Shown piece by piece: positions 38,533-52,800 of a stretch of DNA of 64,000 bases. The position numbers and the translations under genes are program-made. The stretch lies in NCBI RefSeq assembly GCF_009914755.1, contig NC_060930.1. One strand, 5' to 3'. How positions within the stretch are numbered: position 1 is the first letter of the stretch; the number at the start of each line of letters is the position of its first letter. The stretch is from the human T2T-CHM13v2.0 reference genome, Homo sapiens. Below the pieces are notes generated by a model. It saw only the letters and a program-made list of their open reading frames with translations, made no database searches and had not been told where the DNA came from.

Positions 38533-38775
38533 TAAAAGCCCCCAAGCCTTCTTGGACATTTGCTAAGGGCAGTGTGGCTGTTTGCAGCCCTATATGCAGA
38601 AACCTCCATGAATATGTAGGGTACAAGGCAGAGAGAACTGAATTCAGTCAGAGCTGAATGGTGCTTGGAAGGTGCCCAGCCTCCCAAGAAGATGTCTATT
38701 TACCCTCAGCGAGCAGTCACAGTGCCCTCTGCCCAGGAGGGCAGGATTAGCTTTGAAGCAGGGTTGTTTGTTTCT

Positions 38776-39097
38776 CTTTTTAGAAAAGCTCTGTTGAAAC
38801 ATAATTGATATATTTAAAATTGCATATATTTAATATATACATTTTGATGGGTTTGGACATATGTACATATTTGTGATACCATCACCATAATCAGCATACT
38901 AAGCATATTCATCACCTGTCAAAATTACCTTGTGTTCTTTTGTGGTTTTGTTTTGCTTTGTGATAAGAGCAAGTAACATGAGCTCTATCCTCTTAACATA
39001 CTTTAAAGGGTACGATGCCATATTGTTAACTATAGGTACTATATTGTACAGCAGATCTCTAGAACTTACTCATCTGGTATGACTGAAACTGTATATA
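38776..39097 (-). mobile_element. L1MA10/L1MB-like 3' end
   Basis: TTGTTAACTATAGGTACTATATTGTACAGCAGATCTCTAGAACTTACTCATCT. Confidence 0.85.
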
Positions 39098-39559
39098 GGG
39101 TTTTTCATTTCTGTGGCAACTCTATACATGAAAGAGCTGTTTGTGGGGGAAGTTATTAGGTTGCATTAAAACAAGTCATTGAGAATAGCAGTGGGGTTGT
39201 GGTGTGTGGCAGTGGCTGCTGCTATGGGAGGTTGTGTGCCTAGTGGTCATGAATTGTGCCACCACTGGCACCATTTGAGAATGGATGGAATAGTAGGACA
39301 CACCAGGATCAAAACCATCTTGCCGAGGTTCTTATTCTTGATCGAAATAGATTTGTATTTCATAAATTATCAGATAAAAACCTTTGTGTCTTAACTAAAA
39401 GTAAAGTGGAGGTCCCAGTGACAAGCTTTGCAAAAGCCCCACATCACATAAGCATATCATATCAGAAGACAGTAGAAAGAATTGTGAACATCAAGATTGA
39501 CACCAAACATCTGGCCCTTGTAAAGAGAACATGTAGCCCTCCCAAGGGAGTTCCAGTAA

Positions 39560-40150
39560 TTGGAATGGAATGAACTCTATCCAAGTATCTGCAAAACTCC
39601 TAAATCAGATTAACAAATTATTGTCCACTGTTGTGGAAGAATTTTGGGAAATGGGAAAGGTGCTGGAAGACTAGAGACAGACAAATTTTATTGTTGATTC
39701 TACTATGTTAGGCAATTTCAAGAGCCAACAAGCTTCATATTGATCAAAAGCAATATTCCAGAATGGATTTAATAGGTGGGTATATGAGTACTTTGAAAAG
39801 CAAGTGTCCTTGGGATCCTGTCTGTGCTCACCAATAACAAATCACATTACTCTTACTTTAATTCCTTGTTTGACAGATTTACTATGTCCATAATGCTAGT
39901 ATTGCACAGTTAAATTCAGATTTCAGTAAAGTAGTTGACAAAATCTAACATGAAAGTCTTCAGAAAATGTTCATTTATTCAATTCTACACTTGAGTATGT
40001 GTAAATGGTTGGATGTGTAAATGGTTGGATGAACATACTCAAAAAGTGTCAATTCAGATATTCTAGAGAATTATCAATATATGAATGAAGATATGTGGAT
40101 AAAGGATCCTTCATACCCAGATCACCTATGATTTTAATACTCTTACCTGA
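39560..40150 (+). mobile_element. L3/CR1 ORF2 reverse-transcriptase remnant
   Basis: CTGGAAGACTAGAGACAGACAAAT (PEDWRxAN-like) and GATTTCAGTAAAGTAGTTGACAAA (DFSKAFD-like). Confidence 0.75.
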
Positions 40151-42419
40151 TTACTATCACTATTAACCATGGCTAAAAAGCCTAGAAAAAGGTGACAAAT
40201 TAAAGTGACTTAAAGAAAACACCATATAACTAAAATTGCCTGCTCCATATGCCCCCCAAAATGGTTACATAATCTACAGTCATGTAATGAATGCCTCAAA
40301 AATAATGGAGTTGCATAATTTATGCACCGATGTTAGAATTCAGTGCCACCTAAGGTGCAACTCTACCATCTTGTTTAATCCTTCCTAAAATAAAGAAATA
40401 TATAAACATATACTGATTTTAGATGCTGAATTTTAAAACAAAAATATAATCGCTATTATCAGGCAAGACTATTCTAGAATCCCCTATCATCCATTCTCTA
40501 TTTACCTCAAAAATCTGATAGTAATCTAGGCAGGAAGGCTTGAATGTCCACACATTTGGATATAGGCTTTCAGAGGCTCTCAGATCTTGGATTATAGTAA
40601 TTATTGCTATGTTAACAACACTGTGAATACTACACTTTATGGTCAATTTAAAGGAAACTTAGGGTCATTTTTACTGTGTGTAATGGTATGTCTTTCTCAT
40701 TAGATTTAGAGCCTAATCCCCATGTAAGAGGCTACTCTCATTTGCATTAGCTATATATACACCATCACAGAATGATGGACAAAGATTTCTCTCTCCCCTC
40801 AAAAAGGAAAACCATTAACATTTACTGGGTGCTTGCTAAAAGAGCATCATTTTAGGATCTCTAAGTACTTTAATTAAAACATAGAACCTTCCTTCAGGAA
40901 GGTAAGAACTCATCTCCATCAGCAGCATCACTTTATGCACAACTGAAAGTTCCTGTTCTTAGGCTCTTACTGCTCTAGGTTATCTTAGACTGCTCTAGTA
41001 GATCTAAAATAGGTCAAGTTTGATCAGATAATTTGTAGTGCCTCAATTGGTCAGAGCCCTTGACATACATAGGTCTTCTCTAGTTTTGAGGAGGAACATT
41101 GCTAACTCACATTTGTGATGAAAGTTCACCCAGATCCCTCTAGCAAACTATGCCGGTGGCTTCACTACAGATGTACCTCTCTGGCAGATTCGGAGATTTC
41201 AAGCAAATGTATCAAACCCTAATGTGCTATGACAGGAGGATTTCCTCCACCAATCATAAGTAGAAATGCCTGGGAGCTATTATTCAACAGGAAACAAAGC
41301 TCCTTCATCTGAAAAGCAATTTGCAGACCGACACTCCTGCTACAGCAATTTTTATCATGAGTTTGTACTTTGAATGGAACCTACCTTAAAAAAAAAAAAA
41401 GACAATGTATCTTATATCCTGGATGTTCCAGATTTTGAAACAGAACATTCATAGCAGAAAGTATCAGTTTTCGGAAGCTCTTCTGCTCTGAATTAAAATA
41501 TCAGAGTTGGGTTTTTTTTCCTGTTTAAACAAGAAAAAAGTATACTGCCCATAACAAATTATATTGTTTATCAGTCATATAAGCTCTTAAAGCAGAACCA
41601 TATGAATACAGTCCCTGTAAAGTTATAGTAGGAAAAAATAGACATATGGACATCCTGGGGGAAGAGGCGGCCATGTTCATTTTCCATTTGCCTACCCCAG
41701 AACATTCCATATTGTGTAAAATTTTTCCATGCATGTGCATCTCCAAAAATGAAAATAAAAATTATAAAACAGCTTTGTGAGCATGCTGCCAGCAGAAGAG
41801 TAGGGTAGAGCTGGATGCATAATCAACCTTTTTGATGTAAGGACTGCTGGCAAGCAGTGTGGGCCAGCAGAGCACATGGGAAGCTGAGGAGCAGCCATAG
41901 ATACACTGGAGACTTCTCTGTCCCAGGCTGCATTGAGATGTATGCATCAGGCTATTGTGGTTTTTTTTTAATACTAATTCTAGATATTTTTTTCTTTGTA
42001 AAATAAGGCTATCAAAAAGAGGAGCGCAGAATGTTTCTGCCAGTTTGTAAGTGTGTGACAATGGGCAGGAAACCTGGCTGTCTTCAACAGAAAGGGAGTA
42101 GGAACCACCAGGAGAATGGAAGAGATGCTTTTGCAGGGAGCGTGAGAGAAAATTTTGACACACATCTTCCCCAGCCTAATCTGCAATGCAATGCTTTAGG
42201 GAGAGCCAGGCACCATGTTAAAATCTGGTTAAACTAAATATTGTACTGTTTTCTTTCCTTGGTAAACACTGACTTGGTAAGAAAAAATGATATCCTTTGT
42301 ATATGAATTTGTTCTCCTGGTAATAATAATGAATTTAGACCTATTTTTCCACACCATTTTTGCTGCCCAGGCAGATATTATCAAGCCAGCTCACTAAGTT
42401 TAAGTGAGTAATCCACGAA

Positions 42420-42520
42420 CATTCATTTATTTAATAAACTTTAATTAAGCATCTACTCTATGCCAGGCACAGTGCTTGGTACAATCACAATAGAAATATT
42501 GCCTCTACTCCAAGCTCCTG
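42420..42520 (-). mobile_element. L2 3' fragment
   Basis: CATTCATTTATTTAATAAAC...AGCATCTACTCTATGCCAGGCACAGTGCT. Confidence 0.7.
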
Positions 42521-43644
42521 CTTATTGAAACTATACCAGGGAGGCTTAGCTTTCCCAGGTTATCCTGGGACCCTAAACCCACAGCTCCTAGCAGGGATTC
42601 TCATCCTTTCTGATGTTCTAATACTATATAATTAGGTATATAATTGGGTGTTGTGAACCACCCTCACTCCTAAAAGTATGATTAGAGTTTGTTTGTCCTA
42701 TACATTAAAATGAAAATAATTTGGTGTAGAACTTTATAGTAGACTTCAGGATAACTAAAAACGTTCTCAAACACTGAAATCTAAACAACCATTCTGCAAG
42801 AGCAGCTTTTCTGGGCCCTTTTAACATTTATCATCTCTATTGACTCAAATGAGTCAAAGCAATTATTCTGACACTTGAAATTTTACCTTTAACGTTTCCT
42901 GGGAAACATAGCTTATACTCACCTCTACACTTCTTGTGGGTTCATTTAAAGAGGAAGTAATCTGGAAAAGAGCCATGAATAACAGAATTACCCAGTACCT
43001 TGATGTTTTCTCATTTCTCTGCCGGCATTCAGCCCAACAGCTGTCACTGTACCTCTACAGGAACTTAGTTCTTGTATGGCAACTTGAGTGGCATTGAGCT
43101 CTGATAGAAGGTCATAACATCTTTGTTAGAAATAATATGCAAATTTTTCCAAGAGGTTATGTCTCAAGTTTCTATTCTAAAAGCAAGAAAAGTCACAAAA
43201 CAAATTTCTTTGTAGATCAAATACTAAGAGGTGAAGAAAATTAATTTCCCTCTGGCTTTTGTCTTGGTTGACAATTCTTCTGGGATAAGGTTGATTATTT
43301 TTATGATTCCTCATGGAGACTGTCAGCTCTGCCTGATTAACTGAAAACTAGCATAAAAAGATTGTATAATGAACATTATTCATATAAAATTATTCCTTTT
43401 AGAGGCTAAATAAGAAAATTTGCCTTACATAGAGGGAAATTTGGCACTCTATGTTGGTTGTCTTACTTTGATTACCAAAAATCACTTTTTGAGTCCTGTA
43501 TGATAACTCCCATATTTTAGAGTAGCAATTGATCTCATAGGAAGTAAATAACATAGCCACACAACTATTATGTGGTCAGACAAGGATTTGAGTGCAGTAA
43601 TTATTAGCTGGGAGTGTCCATGAGCACGTGTGCACACACACACA

Positions 43645-44030
<386 letters not shown>

Positions 44031-44304
44031 CAATATGCTACTTCAACTACAGAAGGGCTGTGAAATGACAAGAATGCTCCCCAAAACATCTGATTAACAA
44101 TTCAAAAACATGCCATGGAGAACACGATTTTTTAAAATAGGACTTTTTGAAGGAAAAGAAGAAAGGGTGCAGTTATATGGATTCTTTAAGAAAAAACAAA
44201 ACCAAGGAGAACCAGGGTTAGGAGGAACGTTAAGTAACACTTTGAATTAGTCATTACCGTGTACAGTGTAATGAACTCAATTTCTGAGTTGTTGAACCAC
44301 TGAG

Positions 44305-44395
44305 GAATATGTATAATATATATTCAACATATATATTATTTAGAGTCAACATATATTATATATATATACTATATATATTCAACATATATATAAAA
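44305..44395. repeat. AT-rich low-complexity / short tandem repeat
   Basis: TCAACATATAT occurs three times in a TA-rich tract. Confidence 0.8.
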
Positions 44396-45269
44396 CTTAC
44401 CCATAATAGGCCTAATGCATTTATTTAATGTTTATGTATATTAAAAGTGTTAGTCTTTTTAAAGAATGGAAAAAGGACTTTAGAGGCTTTTCTCTTACAT
44501 CCAAAGTAATATAAATTCAAGGGATTTATAAAGTATTACAGATCAGAAAGGCTTTGTGTCTATTCCAGAAAATGAAGTTACTTACTAGAAATTTCAGTGA
44601 GATCTTTACTAGATGGATTGGACAAATTATAAGATAGTTGGACACTGTAGAAGGATTTTTTTTATTTTAAAACAATGTGCCTAAGTCACAAAACTTAATA
44701 GTCTCAAAATAGACAATGGATTGAGTTCCAAAAGTTTATTTCTTAGCAAGTCTATTAAATTATAACAAAGTTATGTACAAATTATAATAAAGTACCCAAT
44801 GAGCCTTTGTAAAGGAGGTCACAATGTAGTTGAAATGTCATATACTTTCCTTGAAAAATACTTGAAAATAATACTTCTATAGTTATTTAACAGTATTTAA
44901 ACCAAGTCTTTAATTGAGTAGCCATAGTAGATATAAAAGCACGTTGGAAATGGCAGACAAAAAGCAAGTTTTAACTTTGCATGTTGACTGTACCTTAAAA
45001 GTACCCTATGTGGATTATTTACCTAGTAAATTGTATTAATGATCATCTCCATTAAATGTTTAGAGGAAGATTATTGAAGAAAAACAAAAAGTAATATCTA
45101 CTTGTAAAAAAAAAAAATACCTACTTGTAGTGGGTCTCGAATTTCAATTACCAAGAAACTGAAGAGTTTATGTAAAATGCAGATTCCATGCTGTAATTGC
45201 GGAGATTCAGAGTCAGAAGGTCAGATATTGGAAATTTTATATTTCTAACAATACACAGTAAGAAGCACT

Positions 45270-45378
45270 AAAAACTCGTCCATAACTGTACTGCTTTTTG
45301 CTTGTCCCAGTATAAATTTTAATAACACCCACTCCCAGTCTCAGTATACTTATTTGGATGATAAATTATGGTCAACAG
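45270..45378. mobile_element. MER94-like hAT-Blackjack fragment within a MER5-like relic
   Basis: TTGTCCCAGTATAAATTTTAATAACACCC...TTTGGATGATAAATTATGGTCA. Confidence 0.55.
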
Positions 45379-45932
45379 AGGTTTAGAGTATGCAGAATTC
45401 TCTGAAGTCTTCCAAGTTGGAAAAAGTGCCGCTCCTAGAATTGGTAGGACTCCCTGCCACCCTGTAGTCACTGGTACCTTTGCTGTGTGGTGGTCACAGA
45501 GCCATCTCTCAAAAACTCATAGAAAATGCAAGTATTGTTGAAACCACTCCAAAAGAGGTCTCCTTTGGTGTTCTCTTACTAGGGAATTCTGAGTCCTGGT
45601 TTTTTGTTTGTTTGTTGGTTGGTTGGTTGGTTGGTTGGTTTTTTGTTTTTTTCTTGTAGTAAATTCTTATCTACCATGTTCTCATATTATAGTCATCTTA
45701 GGAGGTCATTCCGAGCAACATGAAAAGCAAGAAGAAGAGCCCCAACATAGAAAACAGAACGTATTTGGGTAACGATGGGAAGAGCAGAGTACTCCAGGCA
45801 TAGAAGGAGAAAGAAGGTAAAAGTGCAGATTGGACCACTTTGGGGCCCAGGATAATGGGGGAAAAAATTGGAATTACATGGCTTCTGTGATGGAAATTAT
45901 TGGAAAAAAAATTTATTAAAAAATGAGGGTCT

Positions 45933-46228
45933 AGCAGGGCAAGGTGGCTTACGTCTGTAATCCCAGCACTTTGGGAGGCCGAGGCGGGTAGATCACTTGA
46001 GGTCAGGAGTTTGAGACCAGCCTGCCAATATGGTGAAACCCCACCTCTACTAAAAGTACAAAAAAATTAGCCGGGCATGGTGGCACACGCTTGTAATCCC
46101 AGCTTCTTGGGAGGCTGAAGCAGGAGGATCGCTTGAACCTGGGAGACAGCTGTTGCGGGGAGCCGAGATTGTACCACCGCATTCCAGCATGGGCAACAGA
46201 GTCAGACTCCCTCTCAAGAAGACAAGCA
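45933..46228 (+). mobile_element. AluS
   Basis: Full dimer; TSD AAAAAATGAGGGTC. Confidence 0.95.
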
Positions 46229-46827
46229 AAAAAATGAGGGTCACTCAGAGATGAAACTTTTCTTAACTTTTTCTTGGTTAACTAAGATAACACATATGAA
46301 AATACTTGGTAAACAAACAAACGAACAAACAAAAATAGAACCAAGAGAAGAAATAGCGAAAGAAAAGGCAAAAAGGAGGAGAGGGAGTACGCAAGCTGTG
46401 GCTCCATTAGGACAGGCCCTAGAAGTAAGGAAGGGAGGACCACAGCCTAAAATCATGGCTTTGTTGGGGATGGGGGCCAGTGGAAGGGAAATATTTCTGA
46501 AACTAATTTTAAGAGTAAGTGAACTCCCTAGAAAATATTTTTGTCTTATAATTGATACTGTGCTTCTTCTAAAAAATGAGGTAGTATCTATTCTCTCTAC
46601 ACTTCCCAAATCCTGTCAGTCCTGTTCATACTACCAAAACAGACCAAGGCAGGAATGGTTTTCTTGAATATTTTGTTCATCTTCCATGACAGATGTAGAA
46701 CTTCAAGTACTAAAAGTTTGCTGTTTAATTAATATTCAGGCAAAATACATTTTCTATCTGTTAATGAACAATGGCACCTGAGGGGAAAATGTCTGTATAC
46801 ATGAGGGGGAAACGTTTGTGTAATGAG

Positions 46828-47840
46828 ATTTTTTTTTTAATTTTACTTTAAGTTCCAGGATACATGTGCAGAACATTCAGGTTTGTTACATAGGTATATG
46901 TGTGCCATGGTGGTTTGCTGCATCTATCAACCCGTCAGTGAGGTTTTAAGCCCTGCATGCATTAGCTTTTTGTCCTGATGCTCTTCCTCCCCTCGCCACT
47001 CCCCACCCCCGGCTATAGGCCCCAGAGTGTGTTGTTCCCCTCTCTGTGTCCCTGTGTTCTCATTGTTCAACTCCCACTTAGGAGTGAGAACATGTGGTGT
47101 TTGGTTTTCTGTTCCTGTGTTAGTTTGCTGAGAATGATGGCTTCCAGCTTCATCTATGTCTCTGCAAAGGACATGATCTCATTCCTTTTTATGGCTGCAT
47201 AGTATTCCATGGTATATGTGTACCACATTTTTTTGTCCAGTCTATAATTGATGAACATTTGGGCTGGTTCCATGTCTTAGCTATTGTGAATAGTGCTGCA
47301 ATAAACGTAAGTGTGCATGTATCTTTATAATAGAATGATTTATATTTCTTTGGGTATATACCCAGTAATGGGATTGCTGGGTCAAATGTTATTTCTGGTT
47401 CTAGATCCTTGAGGAATTGCCACACTGTATTCCATAATGGTTGAACTAATTTATACTCCCACCAACAGTGTAAAAGGGTTCCTATTTCTCCACAGCTTCT
47501 CCAGCATCTGTTGTTTCTTGATTTTTTTAAATAATCACCATTCTGACTGGTATGAGATGGTATCTCATGTGGTTGTGATCTGCATTTCTCTAATGATCAG
47601 TGATGTTGAGCTTTTCTTCATATGTTTGTTGGCCGCATAAATGCCTTCTTTTGAGAACTGTCTGTTCATGTCCTTTGCCCAGTTTTTGATAGGGTTCTTT
47701 GTTTTTTTCTTGTGAATTTGTTTAAGTTCCTTATAAATTCTGTATATTAGACCTTTGTCAGATGGGTAGATTGCAAAAATTTTTTCCCATTATGTAGGTT
47801 GCCCGCACTCTGATGATAGTTTCTTTTGCTCTGTAGAAGA
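46828..47840 (-). mobile_element. L1PA (about PA8-10), 5'-truncated
   Basis: L1PA 3'UTR and ORF2 C-terminus (ORF 47189..47425: [12 protein letters not shown]). Confidence 0.95.
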
Positions 47841-48397
47841 CTGAGACATTATTAAACAGATAATTTCATGGCCTGATATTTCATTTACATTTTAACAAAA
47901 AGATTTTCTCCTGATATTCCATGTTTTTCTCAAAATTCATTTCTAATAACCATATACTATTCCAACTTGTACATGTACCAATATTTCCCAGCAACCATCA
48001 TCCTTTCTTGTTACATTTGAGATTCTTTTTCTCTCAAATATTGCTGTGCATTGGCTTTTTCCTTCTCTCAGATCGTTTACTAATGATAGAATTATGAGAG
48101 TGCGATTATGGGGTCAAACAATATGAGTAGTTTTGAGGTGCATGATACATATTTCCAAACTACTTGAAAATAGATTTATACACACATTCTGCACTGTGTA
48201 AAATTTTTATCTCAAATTTAATTATTTTGATAATAAAATATATTTTTCTTAATTTACTTTGGTTTACTTATTAGGTCAAACATATTTACCCATATTTTCT
48301 CTTTCTTTGACGTTTTCGTCTTTTCTTTTTTTATTTTTCCATAGATTATAGGGGTACAGGTGGTGTTTGATTACATGAATGAGTTCTTTAGTGGTGA

Positions 48398-48809
<412 letters not shown>

Positions 48810-48979
48810 TATTGCACCATTCTTATGCATTTGTGTCCTCATAGCTTTGCTCCCACATATCAGTGAGAACATATGATGATTGGTTTTCCATTCCTGAGTT
48901 ACTTCACTTAGAATAATAGCCTCCAATCTCATCCAGATCACTGTGAATGCCGTGAATTCATTCCTTCTTATGTCTGAGT

Positions 48980-49200
48980 ACATATATATATATCCCATCT
49001 CATATATATATATATCTCATCCTATATATATAAAGAAACTTTATATATATAAAAAGAAACTGTGGTATATATATGATGAAATATATATATATAAACTGTG
49101 GTATATATATGATATATATATCATATATATGATTTATTTTATATATATTCCATCATATATATATATATACTCCATCATATATATATATATTTATATATAT
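48980..49200. repeat. Expanded (TA)n-rich tract containing inverted L1 pieces
   Basis: Read directly from the sequence. Confidence 0.9.
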
Positions 49201-49660
49201 ACCACAGTTTCTTTATTCCCTGTTGATTGATGGGCATTTGGGTTGGTTCCACAATTTTGCAGTTGCGAATTGTGCTGCTATAAACATGCATGTGCAAGTA
49301 TCTTTTTCGCATAATGACTCCTTTTTCACTGGGTAGATACCCAGTAGTGGGGTTGCTGGATCAAATAGTAGTTCTGCTTTTAGTTCTTTAAGGAATATCC
49401 ACACTGCTTTCCATAGTGTTGTACTAGTTTATATTCTCACCAGCAGTGTAGAAGTGTTCCCTCATCACTGCATCCACGCCAACACCTACTGTTTTTTTTA
49501 TTTTTTTATGGCCATTCTTGCAGGAATAAGGTGGTATCACATGGTGGTTTTGATTTGCATCCCCTGATTATTAGCGATTTTGAGCATTTGTTCATATGTT
49601 TGTTGGCCATTTGTATATCTTCTTTTGAGAATTGTCTATTCATGTCCTTAGCCCATTTTT

Positions 49661-49851
49661 TTAATTATGCTTTAAGTTCTAGGGTACATGTGCACAACAT
49701 GCAGGTTTGTTACATATGTATACGTGTGCCATGTTGGTGTGCTGCACCCATTAACTCATCATTTACCTTAGGTATATCTCCTAACGCTGTCCCTCCCCCC
49801 TCCCCCCTCCCCCGACCCCACAACAGGGCCTGGTGTGTGATGTTCCCCTTC
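49661..49851 (-). mobile_element. L1PA (about PA4-6) 3' stub nested in L1PB ORF2
   Basis: TTAAGTTCTAGGGTACATGTGCACAAC...; TSD CCTTAGCCCATTTTT (49646-49660 and 49852-49866). Confidence 0.93.
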
Positions 49852-52800
49852 CCTTAGCCCATTTTTTGATGGGATTTATTTTTCTTGCTGATTTATTTGA
49901 GTTTGTTGTAGATTCTGGATATTAGTCCTTTGTCACATATATAGATTGTGAAGATTTTCTTCCGTTCTGTGGATTGTCAGTTTATTCTGCTTACTGTTCC
50001 TTTTGTCATGCAAAAGCTCTTTTAATTAAGTCCCCGCTATTTATCTCTGTTTTTATTGCATTTGCTTTTGGCTTCTTGGTCATGAAATCCTTGCCGAAGC
50101 CAATGTCTAGAAGGGGTTTTCCAATGTTATCTTCTAGATTTTATAGAGTTTCAGGTCCTAGATTTAAGTCCTTAATCCATCTTGAATTGATTTTTGTATA
50201 AGGTGAGAGATAAGGATCCAATTTCATTCTCCTAAATGTGGCTTGCCAATTATCCCAGCACCATTTGTTGAATAGGGTGTCCTTTCCCCACTTTATGTTT
50301 TTGTTTGCTTTGTCAAAGATCAGTTAGCTGTAAGTATCTGGGTTTATTTCTAGATTCTGTATTCTGTCCCATTGGTCTATGTGCCTATTTTATACCGGTA
50401 CCATGCTGTCTTGGTGACTATGGCCTTATAGTATAGTTTGAAATCAGGTAATGTGATGCCTCCAGATTTGTTCTTTTTGCTTAGTCTTGCTTGGGCTATG
50501 TGGGCTCTTTTCTGGTTCCATATGAATTTTATCATTGTTTTTTCTAATTCTGTGAAGAATGATGGTGGTATTTTGATGGAAATTGCATTGAATTTATAGA
50601 TTGCTTTTAGCAGTATGGTTGTTTTCACAATATTGATTCTACCCATCCATGAGCATGGAATATGTTTTCATTTGTGTGTATCATCTATGATTTCTTTCAG
50701 CAGTATTTTGTAGTTTTCCTTGTAGAGGTCTTTCACCTCCTCGGTTAGGTATATTCATAACTATGTTTTTGCAGCTATTGTAAAAGGGGTTGTGTTCTTG
50801 ATTTGATTTTCAGCTTGGTCGCTGTTGGTATACAGAAGAGCTACTGATTTGTGGACATTAGTTTTGTATCTGGAAACTTTGCTGAATTCTTTTATCAGTT
50901 CTAGGAACTTTCTGGAGAAGTCTTTAGGGTTCTCAAGGTAAACAATCATACCATCAGCAAACAGTGACAGTTTGACTTCCTCTTTAATGATTTGGATGTT
51001 CTTTATTTCTTTCTCTTGTCTGATCGCTCTGGCTAGGACTTCCAGTACTATGTTGAAGAGGAGTGGTGAGAGTGGGCATCCTTGTCTTGTTCCAGTTCTA
51101 AGAGGGAATGCTTTCAACTTTTCCCCATTCAGTATTATGTTGGCTCTGGGTTTGTCATACATGACTTTTATTAAATTGAAGTATGTCCTGTATGTGCCAG
51201 TTTTGTTGAGAGTTTTAATCATAAAGAGGTGCTGGATTTGTCAAATGCTTTTACTGCATCTATTGAGATGATCATGTGATTTTGGTTTTTAATTCTGTTT
51301 ATGTGGTGTATCACATTTATTGACTTGTATATGTTAAACTATCCCTGCATCCCTGGTATGAAACCCATTTGATCATGGTGGATTATCTTTTTGATATGTT
51401 GTTAGATTCGGTTAGCTAGTATTTTGTTGATGATCTTAGCATCTATGTGCATCAGGGATGTGGGTCTGTAGTTTTCTTTTTTGGTTATGTCCTTTCCTGA
51501 TTTGGGTATTAGGGTGATACTGGCTTCATAGAATGATGTAGGGAGGATTCCCTCTTTATCTTATGAAATAGTGTCAACAGGATTGGTACCAATTATTTGA
51601 GTGTCGGGTAGAAATCTGCTGTGAATCCATCTGGTCCTGGACTTTTTTGTTGGTAATTTTTACATTATTATTTCAATATCACTGCTTGTTATTGGTCTGT
51701 TTAGGGTAGCTAATTCTTCCTGCTTTAAGCTAGGAGGGTTGTATCTTTGCAGGAATGTATCCATCTCTTCTAGGTTTTCTACTTTATGCACGTAAAGGTG
51801 TTTATAGTAACCTTGAAAGATCTTTCGTATTTCTGTGGTGTCAGTTTTAATATCTCCCATTTCATTTCTTATTGAGCTTATTTGGATTCTCTCTCTTCTC
51901 TTCTTGGTTAATCTTGCTAATGGTCTATCAATTTGATTTATCTTTTCAAATAACCAGCTTTTTGTTTCATTTATCTTTTGTAATTTTTTGTTTCAAATTC
52001 ATTTAGTTCTGCTCTGATTTTTGTTATTTCCTTTCTTCTGCTAAGTTTGGGTTTGGTTTGTTCTTGTTTCTCTAGTTCCTTGAGGTGTGACGTTAGATTG
52101 TCAGTTTGTGCTCTTACCATCTTTTTGATGTAGGCCTTTAGGACTATGAACTTTCCTATTACCACTGCCTTTGCTGTATCCCAGAGGTTTTGATAGGTTG
52201 TGTCACTACTGTCGTTCAATTCAAAGATTTTTTTAACTTCTGTCTTGATTTCATTTTTGACCCAGTGGTCACTCAGGACCAGGTTATTCAATTTCCATGT
52301 ATTTGCATGGTTTTGAAGGTTCCTTTTGGAGTTGACTTCCAGTTTTATTCCACTGTGGTCTGAAAGAGTGCTTGATATAATTTCAATTTTCTTAAATTTA
52401 TTGAGGCTTGTTTGTGGCCTATGATATGGTCTATCTTGGAGAAAGTTCCATGCACTGTTGAATAGAATGTGTATTCTGCAGTTGTTGGATGGAATGTTCT
52501 GTATATATCTGTTAAGTCCATTTGTTCCAAGGTATAGTTTAAATCCATTATTTCTTTGTTGACTTTCTTTCTTGATGACCTGTCTAGTGCTGTCAGTGGA
52601 GTATTGAAGTCTCCCACTATTACTGTGTTACTATATATCTCATTTCTTAGGGCTATTAGTAATTGTTTTATAAATTTGCAAGCTCTAGTGTTAAGTCCAT
52701 ATATGTTTAGGACTGTGATATTTTTCTGTTGGACAAGGCCTTTTACCATTATATAATGTCCCTCTTTGTCTTTTTTAACTGCTGTTGCTTTAAAGTTTGT

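Noticed and set aside
40343-40360. CTCF-like GTGCCACCTAAGGTG
   Set aside because: The 3' half departs from the CTCF core; insufficient support.
41170-41400. Minus-strand poly-T/AG acceptor at ~41386 suggesting an exon
   Set aside because: Based only on an A-run, with a weak downstream donor and no reading frame.
46241-46667. Overlapping 138-aa and 122-aa ORFs
   Set aside because: No recognisable homology and no promoter or splice support; consistent with chance ORFs.
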